From NCBI GenBank assembly GCA_965214835.1, contig CBDCCK010000002.1, positions 480,001 through 544,000 on the forward strand: a stretch of DNA of 64,000 nucleotides. The letters run 5' to 3'. The notes beneath the pieces are model-generated. The model saw only the letters and a program-made list of their open reading frames with translations, had not been told where the DNA came from and searched no databases. Below are positions 33,380 through 43,715 of the stretch, piece by piece (the first letter of the stretch is position 1; each line of letters starts with the position of its first letter). The position numbers and the translations under genes are program-made. This stretch comes from Nitrosopumilaceae archaeon (GTDB lineage: Archaea; Thermoproteota; Nitrososphaeria; Nitrososphaerales; Nitrosopumilaceae).

Positions 33380-34459
33380 CTACGCCGTCGTCCCGGCCAG
33401 CTCAGTTACCCTCTTGATCTTCTTGTTGTACAAGGCATTGTTACATGATGAGTACGGAGTCTTTGTCATCAACATGTGCCAGATTATCCTAAGCATCTTG
33501 GTTGCAGCGTGGGTTATCGCTATGACATGGCTGTTGCCGTTCCTTCTGCGAACCCTCTCGTAGAACTCCTTCATCCTGTCGTCGTACTGTACGGCGACGT
33601 TGGCTATCTGGGTCATCACCCAGTTGATCCTGCGGTTTGCATCCTTTTTCATGTGACCGTGATACTCGCGGTCCCCCGACTGGTATACCCTTGGACACAG
33701 GCCGGCCCAGGACACAAGATGGCTCGGTGATGGAAACCTGGCTATGTCGCCGACCTCTGCTAGCAACAGCATTGCTGCAAAGGCCTCTATCCCAGTCATG
33801 CTCATCAGTATCTTGGCATACTCGCTGAGTCCTGCCTGTCTTCCTATGTCCTTCTCTGCCTGATCTATCTCCTTTGTGACAGATGCAATCCTCCTAGTGC
33901 AACTTGCCAGTATTCTGTTGTCGTTTGGCATGTCCAGCTCTGTCTCGGAAAGCTTTTGTATGGCCTTCCTAGAGTACATTGTGGATGCGTCTATGATTAT
34001 ATCGTACTTGTCAAGCAGGCTGTGTAGCCCGTTTATGACTGCGGTTCTGTCCTGTACAAGACGTATCCTGTACCTCATCAGCTCCCTGACATCCCTCAGG
34101 TCTGCAGGAGCTACGTAGCAGCGCGGTATCATTCCCGCCCTGAGTGTGTTGGCTATCTTCCTTGCATCTATGGGATCAGTCTTTGCGCTGGTCTCCGATA
34201 TTATCTTCATCTTGAGTGTGTTTGCCAGCAGTATGGGTATGTGATGATCCTCAAACGCCCTGAATGTCTTTAGCCACATGTTGCCCGTTGACTCGCATGC
34301 GGCCTGGCATTTCTTGTACTTTTTTTTCAGCCGGACAGCAAGCTTTGCTGCCTCCTTGTACGTGTTGTCATACGAGCCCTCCTTAAGCACGTGTCCCTTG
34401 GCGTCTACAACGCACACTGCACATCTTCTTTTTCCAATGTCTATTCCTATGCTTTTCAA
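33380..34459 (-). CDS. IS110 recombinase (DEDD RuvC-like + Tnp20)
   Basis: GIDIG, CESTG, KTDPIDA and GLCP...QSG motifs. Likely TTG start at 34459 after GGAGGTGA. Confidence 0.92.
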   Translation of the reverse strand: MKSIGIDIGKRRCAVCVVDAKGHVLKEGSYDNTYKEAAKLAVRLKKKYKKCQAACESTGNMWLKTFRAFEDHHIPILLANTLKMKIISETSAKTDPIDARKIANTLRAGMIPRCYVAPADLRDVRELMRYRIRLVQDRTAVINGLHSLLDKYDIIIDASTMYSRKAIQKLSETELDMPNDNRILASCTRRIASVTKEIDQAEKDIGRQAGLSEYAKILMSMTGIEAFAAMLLLAEVGDIARFPSPSHLVSWAGLCPRVYQSGDREYHGHMKKDANRRINWVMTQIANVAVQYDDRMKEFYERVRRRNGNSHVIAITHAATKMLRIIWHMLMTKTPYSSCNNALYNKKIKRVTELAGTTA

Positions 34460-34499
34460 TCCTTTTGTTTCACCTCCTTTCAGATTATGGTTTGATAGA

Positions 34500-34640
34500 T
34501 CAGAAGCTGCATTCATCCATCAGTGCGCGAAGCACAGGAACACAGCAGCTCGGATATCCCCATTCAACTACGAGTGCGCGAAGCACATGAAAATGAAGGG
34601 GTTGATCCATCACCCTGACTACGGCGGGGGTGTTTTTATC
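34500..34640 (-). ncRNA. Putative bridge RNA with target-binding and donor-binding loops
   Basis: Two stems, each with an internal loop and a GTGC-N5-GCAC cap. The four loop strands match the element's target and donor. Transcript ends are unknown. Confidence 0.85.
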
Positions 34641-34703
34641 ATGTGTTCAACTACTGATTCACTATCAATCCTTAAAACACACCCTAATGTATTTTGGGTA
34701 TCA

Positions 34704-36860
34704 ATGTCGAATTCCAAGGAATCCAATCATGGCAATGAATTTCTTTTTGCGAAAGTTAAGGAAGAGGTTTCTACACGAGAAAAAAGCAAGCCTTCTCCAC
34801 ATAAACCTAAATCGTTTGAAGTCGACTTTGATCCAAGCTTAACTGATATTGAGAGTATAGGTGTCGAACAGCAAGTTAGAGAAACTGCAGCGTTTCTAGA
34901 AAAGAAAACAATTAGAGATGATGACGAAGTTTTTTACAACATTTATCCAAAATATGAAATTTCCCAGCCAAATGTAAAATATCTATTAGAAAGGTTAGGC
35001 GCACAAATCGTTGCTTATACTGATAGAAAAAATAATGGATTTTTACTTGCGGCTTCAAGACAAAGATTACAAAAATTAAGTGAAAAACCAACTAAATACT
35101 TGACCAATACTCTGAGAATAATAAAACCACTTAAACCTGGTGAACAAATCAGCAACACTCTAAGAAAAAACAAAGAAACACAAATGGCAGTATTGTCAAT
35201 AATTCCTAATCTGGAATCAGATAAAAATTTTAATTATATGGGCAAAATGATAACGTTTCTAGCAAATAACAACTGTAAATTATATGGGTTAGATTTACAA
35301 AAATACGGATTTGTTTTTGCTGATGTGACTCTTTACATAGTAAATAAATTAGTGGACGAATCTACATTCATTTTTCATATTAGTGAAGTTCCAGACGCCA
35401 TAGCACATGAGATCCGAAATTCAGAACATAAAAAAACAAAATTAGAAAAAACCAACTCTAATAATCTTAAAAATAAATTTCTTCCAACTGTTGTCTTAAT
35501 GGATAGTGGCGTTAATCCAATTTCTTCATTAGGAAAAGTGTTGATATCTCGTGATGCTTATTTATTCCAAAACTTTGATGATGAACATAGGAATCTTGGT
35601 CATGGAACTCCTATTGCTCATCTGATGGCGTATGGAGAAAATGACAAGGAACCCACTGTGAATATCATTTCTTACAAAATTTGGTCTGATGAACAGAAAA
35701 AATGGGCTTTTACAGGAATGATCAATGGAATTGAAAAATATCATAAAGAAACTCGATTTTTTGTAAGCTCCATCGGCATTCCTTTTTTACCTTTACATCA
35801 AATTGTTGTCTTGGAAAAATTAGTTCAGGAAAAAAACATTTGCCTAGTTGTTAGTGGAGGGAATATTCAACTGTCTGACATCAAAGCATGCCTTGAAAGT
35901 GGTGCTCAGTATCCCGATTATCTGAAATCTTTCCCTGTAATTCCTCCTGCTAATGGTGTGAACATCGTCTCCATAGGTTCACTGGCAAAAAAAGTAAGTA
36001 CCAAATACACGTCCCTAGCTGACTCAAATTCAATATCTCCTCACTCTAGGTGCGGCTCGGGTGCTGTCGAACTACACGATTGTAAAAAACCTGAATTAGT
36101 TGAACATGGAGGAAACATAAATGTCGATAATTCGTTTAACCTAAACTCTGAAGATGTCGGTGTGTCTTCTTTTGACAAGGATGATAATTTTGTTACTTCT
36201 CTTTCTGGGAGTAGTTTTTCATCGCCTTTGTTTGCTAGAAGATTGGCACAGATAGAACAGCGATATAGATCAAGGATCACTAACATTGAAACATTTCTTG
36301 CAATTAGCTATCTTACAAGTACCAAAAATAATGATTCTTGTTGGGGTTATGGGGAGCCAACGACCATTGTCGGATGTGATAAAAACTCTGCAATTTATTT
36401 AGCTGAGGGAAAGCTGGGTTTTACAAACACTGATGAGCAATCTATTAGAACCCCTCACAACGACATTGTGTTTTACGTTCCTCCTAGAGTAGATGAAATC
36501 CAACTTTGTATAGTACATTCTGATGATTTTAAGAAAGCAACAATTCCAACTTTGGAAACTTTTTTGGACGTTAAAACATACAAGCTTGGAAACAACAAAC
36601 TAATTCGCCCTCAAAATCGCAGCAATCTTGACTCAAAAACGAATGTTAAGATTCTTACCTACAAATTTGATTCAAAGAGCATGGAATCGATCTGGACTTT
36701 TAAAATAAGACCACGATTGGTAAACGATGTCTTAACAGAAGATAAAAGAAAAATCAACGTTAGGTACGGATGTGCAATTCTATTGAAAGGAAAGTTAGCC
36801 AGGCAGTCAAAAAAATCCCTCACCCAAGAGGTGATTGAGAATAGGGAGAAATATATGTGA
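34704..36860 (+). CDS. S8 (subtilisin-like) serine protease
   Basis: MDSG, HGT, SGGN, KKPEL and GSSFSSP motifs. The true start is probably MSNSKES at 34704. Confidence 0.85.
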   Translation: MSNSKESNHGNEFLFAKVKEEVSTREKSKPSPHKPKSFEVDFDPSLTDIESIGVEQQVRETAAFLEKKTIRDDDEVFYNIYPKYEISQPNVKYLLERLGAQIVAYTDRKNNGFLLAASRQRLQKLSEKPTKYLTNTLRIIKPLKPGEQISNTLRKNKETQMAVLSIIPNLESDKNFNYMGKMITFLANNNCKLYGLDLQKYGFVFADVTLYIVNKLVDESTFIFHISEVPDAIAHEIRNSEHKKTKLEKTNSNNLKNKFLPTVVLMDSGVNPISSLGKVLISRDAYLFQNFDDEHRNLGHGTPIAHLMAYGENDKEPTVNIISYKIWSDEQKKWAFTGMINGIEKYHKETRFFVSSIGIPFLPLHQIVVLEKLVQEKNICLVVSGGNIQLSDIKACLESGAQYPDYLKSFPVIPPANGVNIVSIGSLAKKVSTKYTSLADSNSISPHSRCGSGAVELHDCKKPELVEHGGNINVDNSFNLNSEDVGVSSFDKDDNFVTSLSGSSFSSPLFARRLAQIEQRYRSRITNIETFLAISYLTSTKNNDSCWGYGEPTTIVGCDKNSAIYLAEGKLGFTNTDEQSIRTPHNDIVFYVPPRVDEIQLCIVHSDDFKKATIPTLETFLDVKTYKLGNNKLIRPQNRSNLDSKTNVKILTYKFDSKSMESIWTFKIRPRLVNDVLTEDKRKINVRYGCAILLKGKLARQSKKSLTQEVIENREKYM

Positions 36861-37519
36861 TGACTGGTGGATTAAACATTCTTCGTTCAAGTAAGCGCAA
36901 AGGAAAACATGAAGTAAAGATAATAATAAAATTGATCCCGTTCTTTGAAAATAAAGGATATCGGGTTATACCTCACGCTCGATTTAACATCGCCTGGGGT
37001 AATATTTTATCAGATATTGATTTGTTATTAATCAAAGACCAGCATATCGGTGTTGTTGAGGTAAAATCTTCCAAAGATAATCTGTCAAGAGCAACTAGGC
37101 AAATTGACAACATTAAAGATTATGTTGACTTCATGTATATTGCAACTGATTACACTCCAAGGAAGTTTTTGTTTAAAGATGTTGGACTGATAATTGTCAA
37201 TCAACATGTCCAGATAATTAAAACATCAGAAGCGTTTGCTGAAAAACCTAGGTTGTTTTCAATAAATTCAATTCCGAAAAAATGTCTGTGCAGAATCTTT
37301 GATGTTAAAAAAATAAAATACTCAAAAAACTCAAGCAAGTCCAAGCTTGCTAGGCAAATACTAAACAATTCTCAAAACAACCTTAAAAAAGAATTACAGC
37401 AAATCGTTACGTGTGGTTTAGAATGTGACACGCAATGTCCGATTTGGACATTTAAACACAAACAACTATCACTAGTGACAATACCCAGCAGTTCCGATTG
37501 TAGTCTGAAAATACAGTAA
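36857..37519 (+). CDS. PD-(D/E)xK nuclease-like protein (sce7726/MmcB-like)
   Basis: DIDLL...VEVKSSKDNLSRA..Q motif, a C-terminal Cys cluster, and overlap with the S8 stop codon. Confidence 0.7.
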   Translation: MMTGGLNILRSSKRKGKHEVKIIIKLIPFFENKGYRVIPHARFNIAWGNILSDIDLLLIKDQHIGVVEVKSSKDNLSRATRQIDNIKDYVDFMYIATDYTPRKFLFKDVGLIIVNQHVQIIKTSEAFAEKPRLFSINSIPKKCLCRIFDVKKIKYSKNSSKSKLARQILNNSQNNLKKELQQIVTCGLECDTQCPIWTFKHKQLSLVTIPSSSDCSLKIQ

Positions 37520-37525
37520 AGCGGT

Positions 37526-37637
37526 GTAACAATTCGGGCTCTGGAAGTTCAGGCGTGAGTTTTGTCGCCCCGAAAACCCCGATCGAGCACAATCCATGCC
37601 TAAAATCGGGAACGGCTTCCAGAACGCGAACTGCTAC
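37526..37637. mobile_element. Family D MITE
   Basis: Homologous to 28970..29080. Confidence 0.7.
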
Positions 37638-37653
37638 GATTGTAAGCATGATC

Positions 37654-37962
37654 CTATGTTGTAACCTGCTCGATTCCATTTAGATGTTTTATCACGTTGT
37701 ATCCCTTTTTGCTTACCTTGTAACCTGTCCTAATTGGCCGATCCTGAGTTATCGTTCTTTCAAGCAGTCCCAAGTCTGTAAGCCTTGCCATCGTGGTGTT
37801 CACAGATGCTCTGCTCTTGACAATCTTATTGCTCATTACATATTGCGACACTGAATTATAGCCGATATTCTCGTTGTCTCGGATGTGTAAAAGCGTCTCA
37901 TAGGTGCCTTTGGTCGCAAGTACACGCAATACCTGGCCAATATCACGTTTGTCTGTTTTCAC
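37654..37962 (-). CDS. Winged-HTH transcriptional regulator (HxlR/ArsR-like)
   Basis: RLTDLGLLER...RTGYKVSKKG motif. Start is uncertain. Divergent from the DUF499 operon. Confidence 0.75.
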   Translation of the reverse strand: MKTDKRDIGQVLRVLATKGTYETLLHIRDNENIGYNSVSQYVMSNKIVKSRASVNTTMARLTDLGLLERTITQDRPIRTGYKVSKKGYNVIKHLNGIEQVTT

Positions 37963-38095
37963 AGTAAAAACTAATGTCAACCATTTCAAAAATTCTAAAC
38001 TTGGATAATCTATGCTGACCTCAATATTTATGATCCTATTTATAAGAGCCCAGTCATCACAGTGGACTATTGATTGGTTTTGGTGAGATGGCCAT

Positions 38096-40741
38096 ATGAG
38101 CAACATATGGGAGGCCTGCAAGTTCAGCGACGAGATTGTCTCAGGGCATCTGGAACTGCACAAGTTTGCCGTAGAACTCCATGACGTAATATCAGGCAAG
38201 GCAGACCCAGTATACCAAGATCCAGCCATATTTTTTGATAACACATACCTGACGACTCAGATGCAGAGTGTACTTAGGGACGTATTAATGAGAACAGAGC
38301 GATCCATAGGAAAACCAGTAACCGTGATCGATACAGGCTTCGGCGGAGGTAAGACACACACATTGACTCTACTTTACCACATATTCTCCAATCCAGATCT
38401 GGGCTTTAGGTATATCAAAAAATATGGCATAGATGATGAGCTTGGAATCGAGTCGATCTCAGATGTCAGAGTTGTTGCAATTGATGGAAGGGATGTCAAG
38501 AAAAACACTCTGTGGGGGGAGATAGCTGACAAGCTTGGAAAATATGAATCAGTGCAGGAATATGACAAATCCCCAAAACCCATACATGATCTTGACATAA
38601 TCAAGGCATTCTTTGACAGGCCTACGCTGCTCATGATTGACGAGCTTCCCCACTATCTTAGCACCACACTTGCAGAAAGGATAGGAGACACTACAAAATC
38701 CAAGCTTACAGAGGACTTTCTCTATGCACTGATCAGTTCCGTGTCATCTAGTAAGAACAGCGTGTTCATAATGACACTGACAGCGAAACAGGAGCTATAC
38801 CGCAAGACCACGGATCGTATAATCGGAACAATAGCGGAGACAGATGCTGTCATAGAGGGATTAAAACAGACGATCTCACGTCAGGCCAACATAATCAACC
38901 CGGTGACAAAAGATGAAATTTATGACGTAATACGACAGCGGTTGATAAGAGAAATAAACGAGGATGAAAAAAAGAACACAGTACAAGAATATCTTGACTA
39001 TTACACGGATCAGGGATTGGTAACTGATCCAAGGTTTCAAGACAGGCTGGAAAAATCCTACCCGTTACACCCGGAATTAATTGACATGTTGTACGAGAGG
39101 GTCTCAACCATATCAAAATTCAACCAGACAAGAGGAACCCTGAGACTTCTTGCACTAGTGCTAAATGACATATACGCGAACAGGAGAAATTGCCAGCTGG
39201 TCTCTGTGGGAGACATCAACTTTGAGTCAGTGCCTATTGTAGACGAGATTACCGCAAAGATAGACAGAAACGAGTTTAGAAAGATCATAGACACAGACTG
39301 TATAGAGCACGCAAGGGAGCTGGATCGTACAAAAAACATCAAGATAGTAGAGCAGGTGGGCAAGACGATATACCTTCATTCACTGCACGAGACACCCAAC
39401 AAAAAATCCGGCATTACCTCCAATCAGATAAAACTGGTCGTTGGAAGGCCTGGCCTTGATTCGTCTCTCGTGGAAAAGGCCCTTTTGGACGACGTTAGAA
39501 AGTACTTCTGGTACATAAAGGAGAGCAACGGGCAGTTTTACTTTGTTGATGCGGTAAATGAGAACGCAATAATTGCCGAATATGCAAAAAACATAACGTC
39601 GCAAGAGATCGACGAGCAGGTTCGGGCAGAGCTTGTCACCCTTTCAAGGGGGATCTTCAAGCCCATAGTCTGGACAGATGACATCGAAGACGACCAAAAG
39701 CTGAAACTGTACCTGTTTCACTATAGGGCAGGTAATGACATCAAGACAAAGATTGTACACATGCTAGGATATGCAAGTGGCAATTCTGCGCGCAGGTATC
39801 AAAACACCATAGTGTTCGTTTATGCCGATGCTGGAAGAGTGCACCTGATAGAGAAGTATGCCAGAGAGTTGGTGGCAATAAAAAAGAGCAAAAAAGACGA
39901 GCGGATAAAAGCAGACAAGACATTTCTTCAAAACATCACGCAAAAAGAAGAGCAATCAAAGGGAAACCTGAGCAATGCGTGTCTTACATCCTACAACCAC
40001 ATCGGATATCCGAACGGCCCGGAACCAAGGCTGGACGTTATGTCGCACGCAGATATGACCAGCAATACAATCGGGGAGATGGCAAGCGAGTTTTTGAGTA
40101 AAAAGGGCAAGATGATACCTGAGATTGGGCATGATGCCATAACAGTAGAATCATCCAAAAAAGTAGAAGACATTTACAACGAGTTTCTTTATGACAAGCG
40201 GAAGAAATTCCTACAAGACATGACATCAGTAAAACAGGCGGTGTCTGATGGGGTAGTAAAAGGACTGTTTGGATATGCAAGCGAGCTTGAAAAATCAGAT
40301 GGTGGATACGCTGGCGAAATATCGAAAAAAGTCGACGTAGAGTTTTCAGGCTATGTAATACACAAGGATCATGTAAGGCCAGACTCCAAACCAGAACCCA
40401 CGAATGGATTCGATACGGACGGAGGCGGGGATTTTGGAAATGTAGAAGATCAGCACCAATACAAAATCCCACTAAATACGATTGATAGCACTCTTGGCAT
40501 CCTAGACATCCTAATCATAGGCGATTTTGCAAACATACAAAAAAACATGGACGTGAAAATACAGCTGGTAGGAAGCACCGAAATATCACTATCCAGCAAG
40601 TTGGGGGATGTCAATGCAGTAAAAAACATGATCAAGTGTTTCAAGTCATATTGTGAAGGCACCTTTGATGGCCATCTGGAGCTGCGATCTGCTGACGACA
40701 TATCTGAGAAGCTAAAGAAGCATGATCTGGTGTTTGAATGA
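38096..40741 (+). CDS. DUF499-family AAA+ ATPase
   Basis: TGFGGGKTH, IDE, SYPLHPEL and FNQTRGTLR motifs. Confidence 0.88.
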   Translation: MSNIWEACKFSDEIVSGHLELHKFAVELHDVISGKADPVYQDPAIFFDNTYLTTQMQSVLRDVLMRTERSIGKPVTVIDTGFGGGKTHTLTLLYHIFSNPDLGFRYIKKYGIDDELGIESISDVRVVAIDGRDVKKNTLWGEIADKLGKYESVQEYDKSPKPIHDLDIIKAFFDRPTLLMIDELPHYLSTTLAERIGDTTKSKLTEDFLYALISSVSSSKNSVFIMTLTAKQELYRKTTDRIIGTIAETDAVIEGLKQTISRQANIINPVTKDEIYDVIRQRLIREINEDEKKNTVQEYLDYYTDQGLVTDPRFQDRLEKSYPLHPELIDMLYERVSTISKFNQTRGTLRLLALVLNDIYANRRNCQLVSVGDINFESVPIVDEITAKIDRNEFRKIIDTDCIEHARELDRTKNIKIVEQVGKTIYLHSLHETPNKKSGITSNQIKLVVGRPGLDSSLVEKALLDDVRKYFWYIKESNGQFYFVDAVNENAIIAEYAKNITSQEIDEQVRAELVTLSRGIFKPIVWTDDIEDDQKLKLYLFHYRAGNDIKTKIVHMLGYASGNSARRYQNTIVFVYADAGRVHLIEKYARELVAIKKSKKDERIKADKTFLQNITQKEEQSKGNLSNACLTSYNHIGYPNGPEPRLDVMSHADMTSNTIGEMASEFLSKKGKMIPEIGHDAITVESSKKVEDIYNEFLYDKRKKFLQDMTSVKQAVSDGVVKGLFGYASELEKSDGGYAGEISKKVDVEFSGYVIHKDHVRPDSKPEPTNGFDTDGGGDFGNVEDQHQYKIPLNTIDSTLGILDILIIGDFANIQKNMDVKIQLVGSTEISLSSKLGDVNAVKNMIKCFKSYCEGTFDGHLELRSADDISEKLKKHDLVFE

Positions 40742-41094
40742 GAATATACCACCACACACTGGAGAGAAGCAAGAGTCGAAAGTCAATCATCTTTAAGGTA
40801 CACGTGGATGACAGGTTTGGCAAACAGAGGATAAACCAGGCCTTGCTGTCCGGTTGGCGCGCCAAACTTGCAGAAAAGCGTCTGTTTTTTGACAAAGATG
40901 ACTGGGACGACGACATTGCTCGAAAGTTTGTTGGAATTATGGTTCTAAAGATTGCCCGTGATGAGTATCAAGGGACACATTTTCTCAATAACGTAGATGC
41001 TAAAAGCAACATGGAGATTCATTTCTGGGCATACCAGTTTCTGTCAAACAAAAAGGCATCACACGCGTGGAAGATCCTAAACGGTGACGTCTAG
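40738..41094 (+). CDS. Small protein in the DUF3780 position of the restriction-like operon
   Basis: Translationally coupled on both sides. EIHFW motif. Confidence 0.7.
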   Translation: MRIYHHTLERSKSRKSIIFKVHVDDRFGKQRINQALLSGWRAKLAEKRLFFDKDDWDDDIARKFVGIMVLKIARDEYQGTHFLNNVDAKSNMEIHFWAYQFLSNKKASHAWKILNGDV

Positions 41095-43715
41095 TGAAAC
41101 ATGCAGTAATAGAAGATTCCAACGTTGAGGTTATGGAGTTTTTTAACCGGGTTGGTAGGGCGTCAAAAAACGAGAAGCAGGCCACAATAAGCCTCAACCA
41201 GATGATGTGCTGGTGGACCCGCAAACCACTTGTGGTAGGAAAGGCTATGGTACTAGCAAGCCTGTTTGATAAGGTATCTGATGCGGAACAGTTTTTGGGG
41301 CTTGACTCACCAAAGCCATACGATCACATTCCCGATACTACCATGTTTACAAAAAAACTTGGAGTTGACCCAAAAACAATTAGCATATTAGATCCGTTTG
41401 CAGGTTCAGGCAATCTAATGTTTCCCGCCGTACAACTTGGCCTTGATGTCACTGCATCTGACTACAACCCGTTGGCATGGCTGATAGAAAAATGCGCGCT
41501 TGAACATCCTGCAAAACACGGTCGTAATTTACATGAGGATTTTGTCAAATATGCCAACAAAGCATTGGAAGAGACTAAAAAAACAGTGGGAAGGTATTTT
41601 CAAGATTCCTACCTCACATACCTGTGGTGTTGGTGCATAAGATGTCCATACTGTTCACAGAGGTTTCCTCTTACAAACCACATGTATGTTGTGAAAACTG
41701 AAAAAAGAAAGATAGGCATACGGATAATTCCAAAAGACAAGGATTTTAGCACAGAGATAGTTGATAACATATCTAAAGAAGATGGTGACAAATATACGCA
41801 GAAAAGAGGCAAGGCTGTTTGCATATCATGTACCAACACAATACAATACGATGTGATTACAAAGGACATTACGGAACATAAGGATCGCGAGATAATTGTG
41901 ATACAGGTTCAAAAGAAAAAAGGCAGGGATTATGTTATTCCAACAGAAAAAGACAAAAAGACATATCGCGATGCCATACAACACTTTAAGACAAAATATG
42001 ATGAATTTGAAAAGGAAAATCTAATACCTCATGAAAATATACATCATGATCCAAGGAATCCTCTAAAAAATTATGGTATAACTTGTTGGGATCAGTACTT
42101 TGATGAACGTCAGATGCTTGTGTTATGTACCTTTATGAAGAACATCAAAAAAACATGTGATGGGATTCCAGATGAGGTATACCGTAAAGTAATTGCCACG
42201 TATCTTTCATTTATTCTTGCAAAACGTATAGATCATGCGGGGTTTGGTGTTATTTGGGATGCCACAAGAGAAAATCCGTCACCTGCATTGTCCATGCGCC
42301 AACCTCGCTTATCATATAACTTTGCCGAGTCAAACCCATTTGAAAAAATTAGGGGAAGTATTAGTAATACAATCAAATCCGTATCTAAGGCACTAAAGTT
42401 TACTGTACGACTACAAACACCCGCCGTATGCGAAAACAGATCAGTCACGGTAGCGTGTGACAAACAGTATGATCTCATAATCACGGATCCGCCCTATGGT
42501 GATGATGTACAATATGGCGAGCTGTCCGAATTCTTCTATGTCTGGGCATATCGCATACTGTCTGAATACTATGATCTGCCGACGCGCATTCCACTAGATG
42601 AGGATTATTGTGAGAGCCGAGGACGTTTTAGCAGCAAGCAGAAGGCAAAAGAATTCTTTGGTGCCGGACTCAAAAAATCATTTAGGGCAATAAATGAAAA
42701 ACTCAAAGACGATGGGTTGGCAGTAATCCTTTTTGCCCATTCAAGCACGGAGGCCTGGAACCAATTTCTCGCGGCAATACAGGAGGCAAGACTGCGGATA
42801 GTATCAAGCTATGCAATACATACAGAAATGTCAACAAACGTAATTGCACAGAACAAGGCATCATTTCTGTCCTCCATCATGGTAACATGCAGAAAGATAA
42901 CCGGAGAATCCGTACAGTACTTTGAGGATCTGATACCTGAGATAGACGATGGCGTGAAAAAGATACTGGACGGCATTTCAGAGCAAAGACTTTTGACATT
43001 GTCCATAACCGACCTGCTGGTCATGGTGTATGGAAAAGTACTAGAGGTATCAACCCAGCACACGGTTCTGAAGAGCTATGCAAGAGACTTTACACCAGAC
43101 TTTGAGATGCTCATAAAGGATGCACGTAGTACGATCATTAAGCAGCTTGTAGTCAAGCTATTAAAAAAACAGCCGGATATCGTGGGATCCCGAATGGCGT
43201 TTTACATAATCAACAAGGTGTTTAACAGCGGTAAAGTTTCAGCAGACGATGCGCTGAAGATAGCACAGGCATACAACACAAGCCTTGTCGAGCTAAGTAG
43301 AGAAGGAGTGATAACACAAAACAAGGGAGTAGCACGCCTTCAAAGCCTAAAGCAAGACATGTACTATGAGCCAGAAGCAATTGATCCGCAGAACCTGCAC
43401 CAGCAGTTGTGCTATCTTGCATCACACGAATCAGACATGGCCGAGTTGCTGCATCACGACAACATACTGGAAAACGATCTAAAGCCCATTGTGAGTCTCC
43501 TGCTCAAAAACTACAACATGAAGAGAAATCAGGGATACAACCCAACTCCTGATGACAATGAGGAGATCCGGATACTGACCACCATGGCAGATCATATGGG
43601 GATAGCAGTAGAGCAGGATTCCCACTACAGAGCAAAGGGGGCCAGAACCAAAAAGGCTAGAACCAGAAAGAGCAGGGGGGACGAGCGCCAGTCTCGTTTG
43701 GAGAAATGGAAGTAG
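41094..43715 (+). CDS. DUF1156-family adenine DNA methyltransferase
   Basis: WWTRKPL, DPFAGSG, CxxC ribbons, TDPPYGD and FAH motifs. Confidence 0.9.
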   Translation: MKHAVIEDSNVEVMEFFNRVGRASKNEKQATISLNQMMCWWTRKPLVVGKAMVLASLFDKVSDAEQFLGLDSPKPYDHIPDTTMFTKKLGVDPKTISILDPFAGSGNLMFPAVQLGLDVTASDYNPLAWLIEKCALEHPAKHGRNLHEDFVKYANKALEETKKTVGRYFQDSYLTYLWCWCIRCPYCSQRFPLTNHMYVVKTEKRKIGIRIIPKDKDFSTEIVDNISKEDGDKYTQKRGKAVCISCTNTIQYDVITKDITEHKDREIIVIQVQKKKGRDYVIPTEKDKKTYRDAIQHFKTKYDEFEKENLIPHENIHHDPRNPLKNYGITCWDQYFDERQMLVLCTFMKNIKKTCDGIPDEVYRKVIATYLSFILAKRIDHAGFGVIWDATRENPSPALSMRQPRLSYNFAESNPFEKIRGSISNTIKSVSKALKFTVRLQTPAVCENRSVTVACDKQYDLIITDPPYGDDVQYGELSEFFYVWAYRILSEYYDLPTRIPLDEDYCESRGRFSSKQKAKEFFGAGLKKSFRAINEKLKDDGLAVILFAHSSTEAWNQFLAAIQEARLRIVSSYAIHTEMSTNVIAQNKASFLSSIMVTCRKITGESVQYFEDLIPEIDDGVKKILDGISEQRLLTLSITDLLVMVYGKVLEVSTQHTVLKSYARDFTPDFEMLIKDARSTIIKQLVVKLLKKQPDIVGSRMAFYIINKVFNSGKVSADDALKIAQAYNTSLVELSREGVITQNKGVARLQSLKQDMYYEPEAIDPQNLHQQLCYLASHESDMAELLHHDNILENDLKPIVSLLLKNYNMKRNQGYNPTPDDNEEIRILTTMADHMGIAVEQDSHYRAKGARTKKARTRKSRGDERQSRLEKWK

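Larger units (their letters stand above)
33236..34649 (-). mobile_element. IS110-family element inserted into an ISH3-type terminal inverted repeat
   Basis: TTCA core at both junctions and 12-bp subterminal IR CATGATAAAAAC. The flanks rejoin to an ISH3 left end. Confidence 0.9.

Noticed and set aside
34278-34703. N-terminal extension of the 860-aa S8 ORF, and the 34516 start of the IS110 ORF
   Set aside because: Both run through IS110 sequence or the RNA loops. Better starts are 34704 and 34459.
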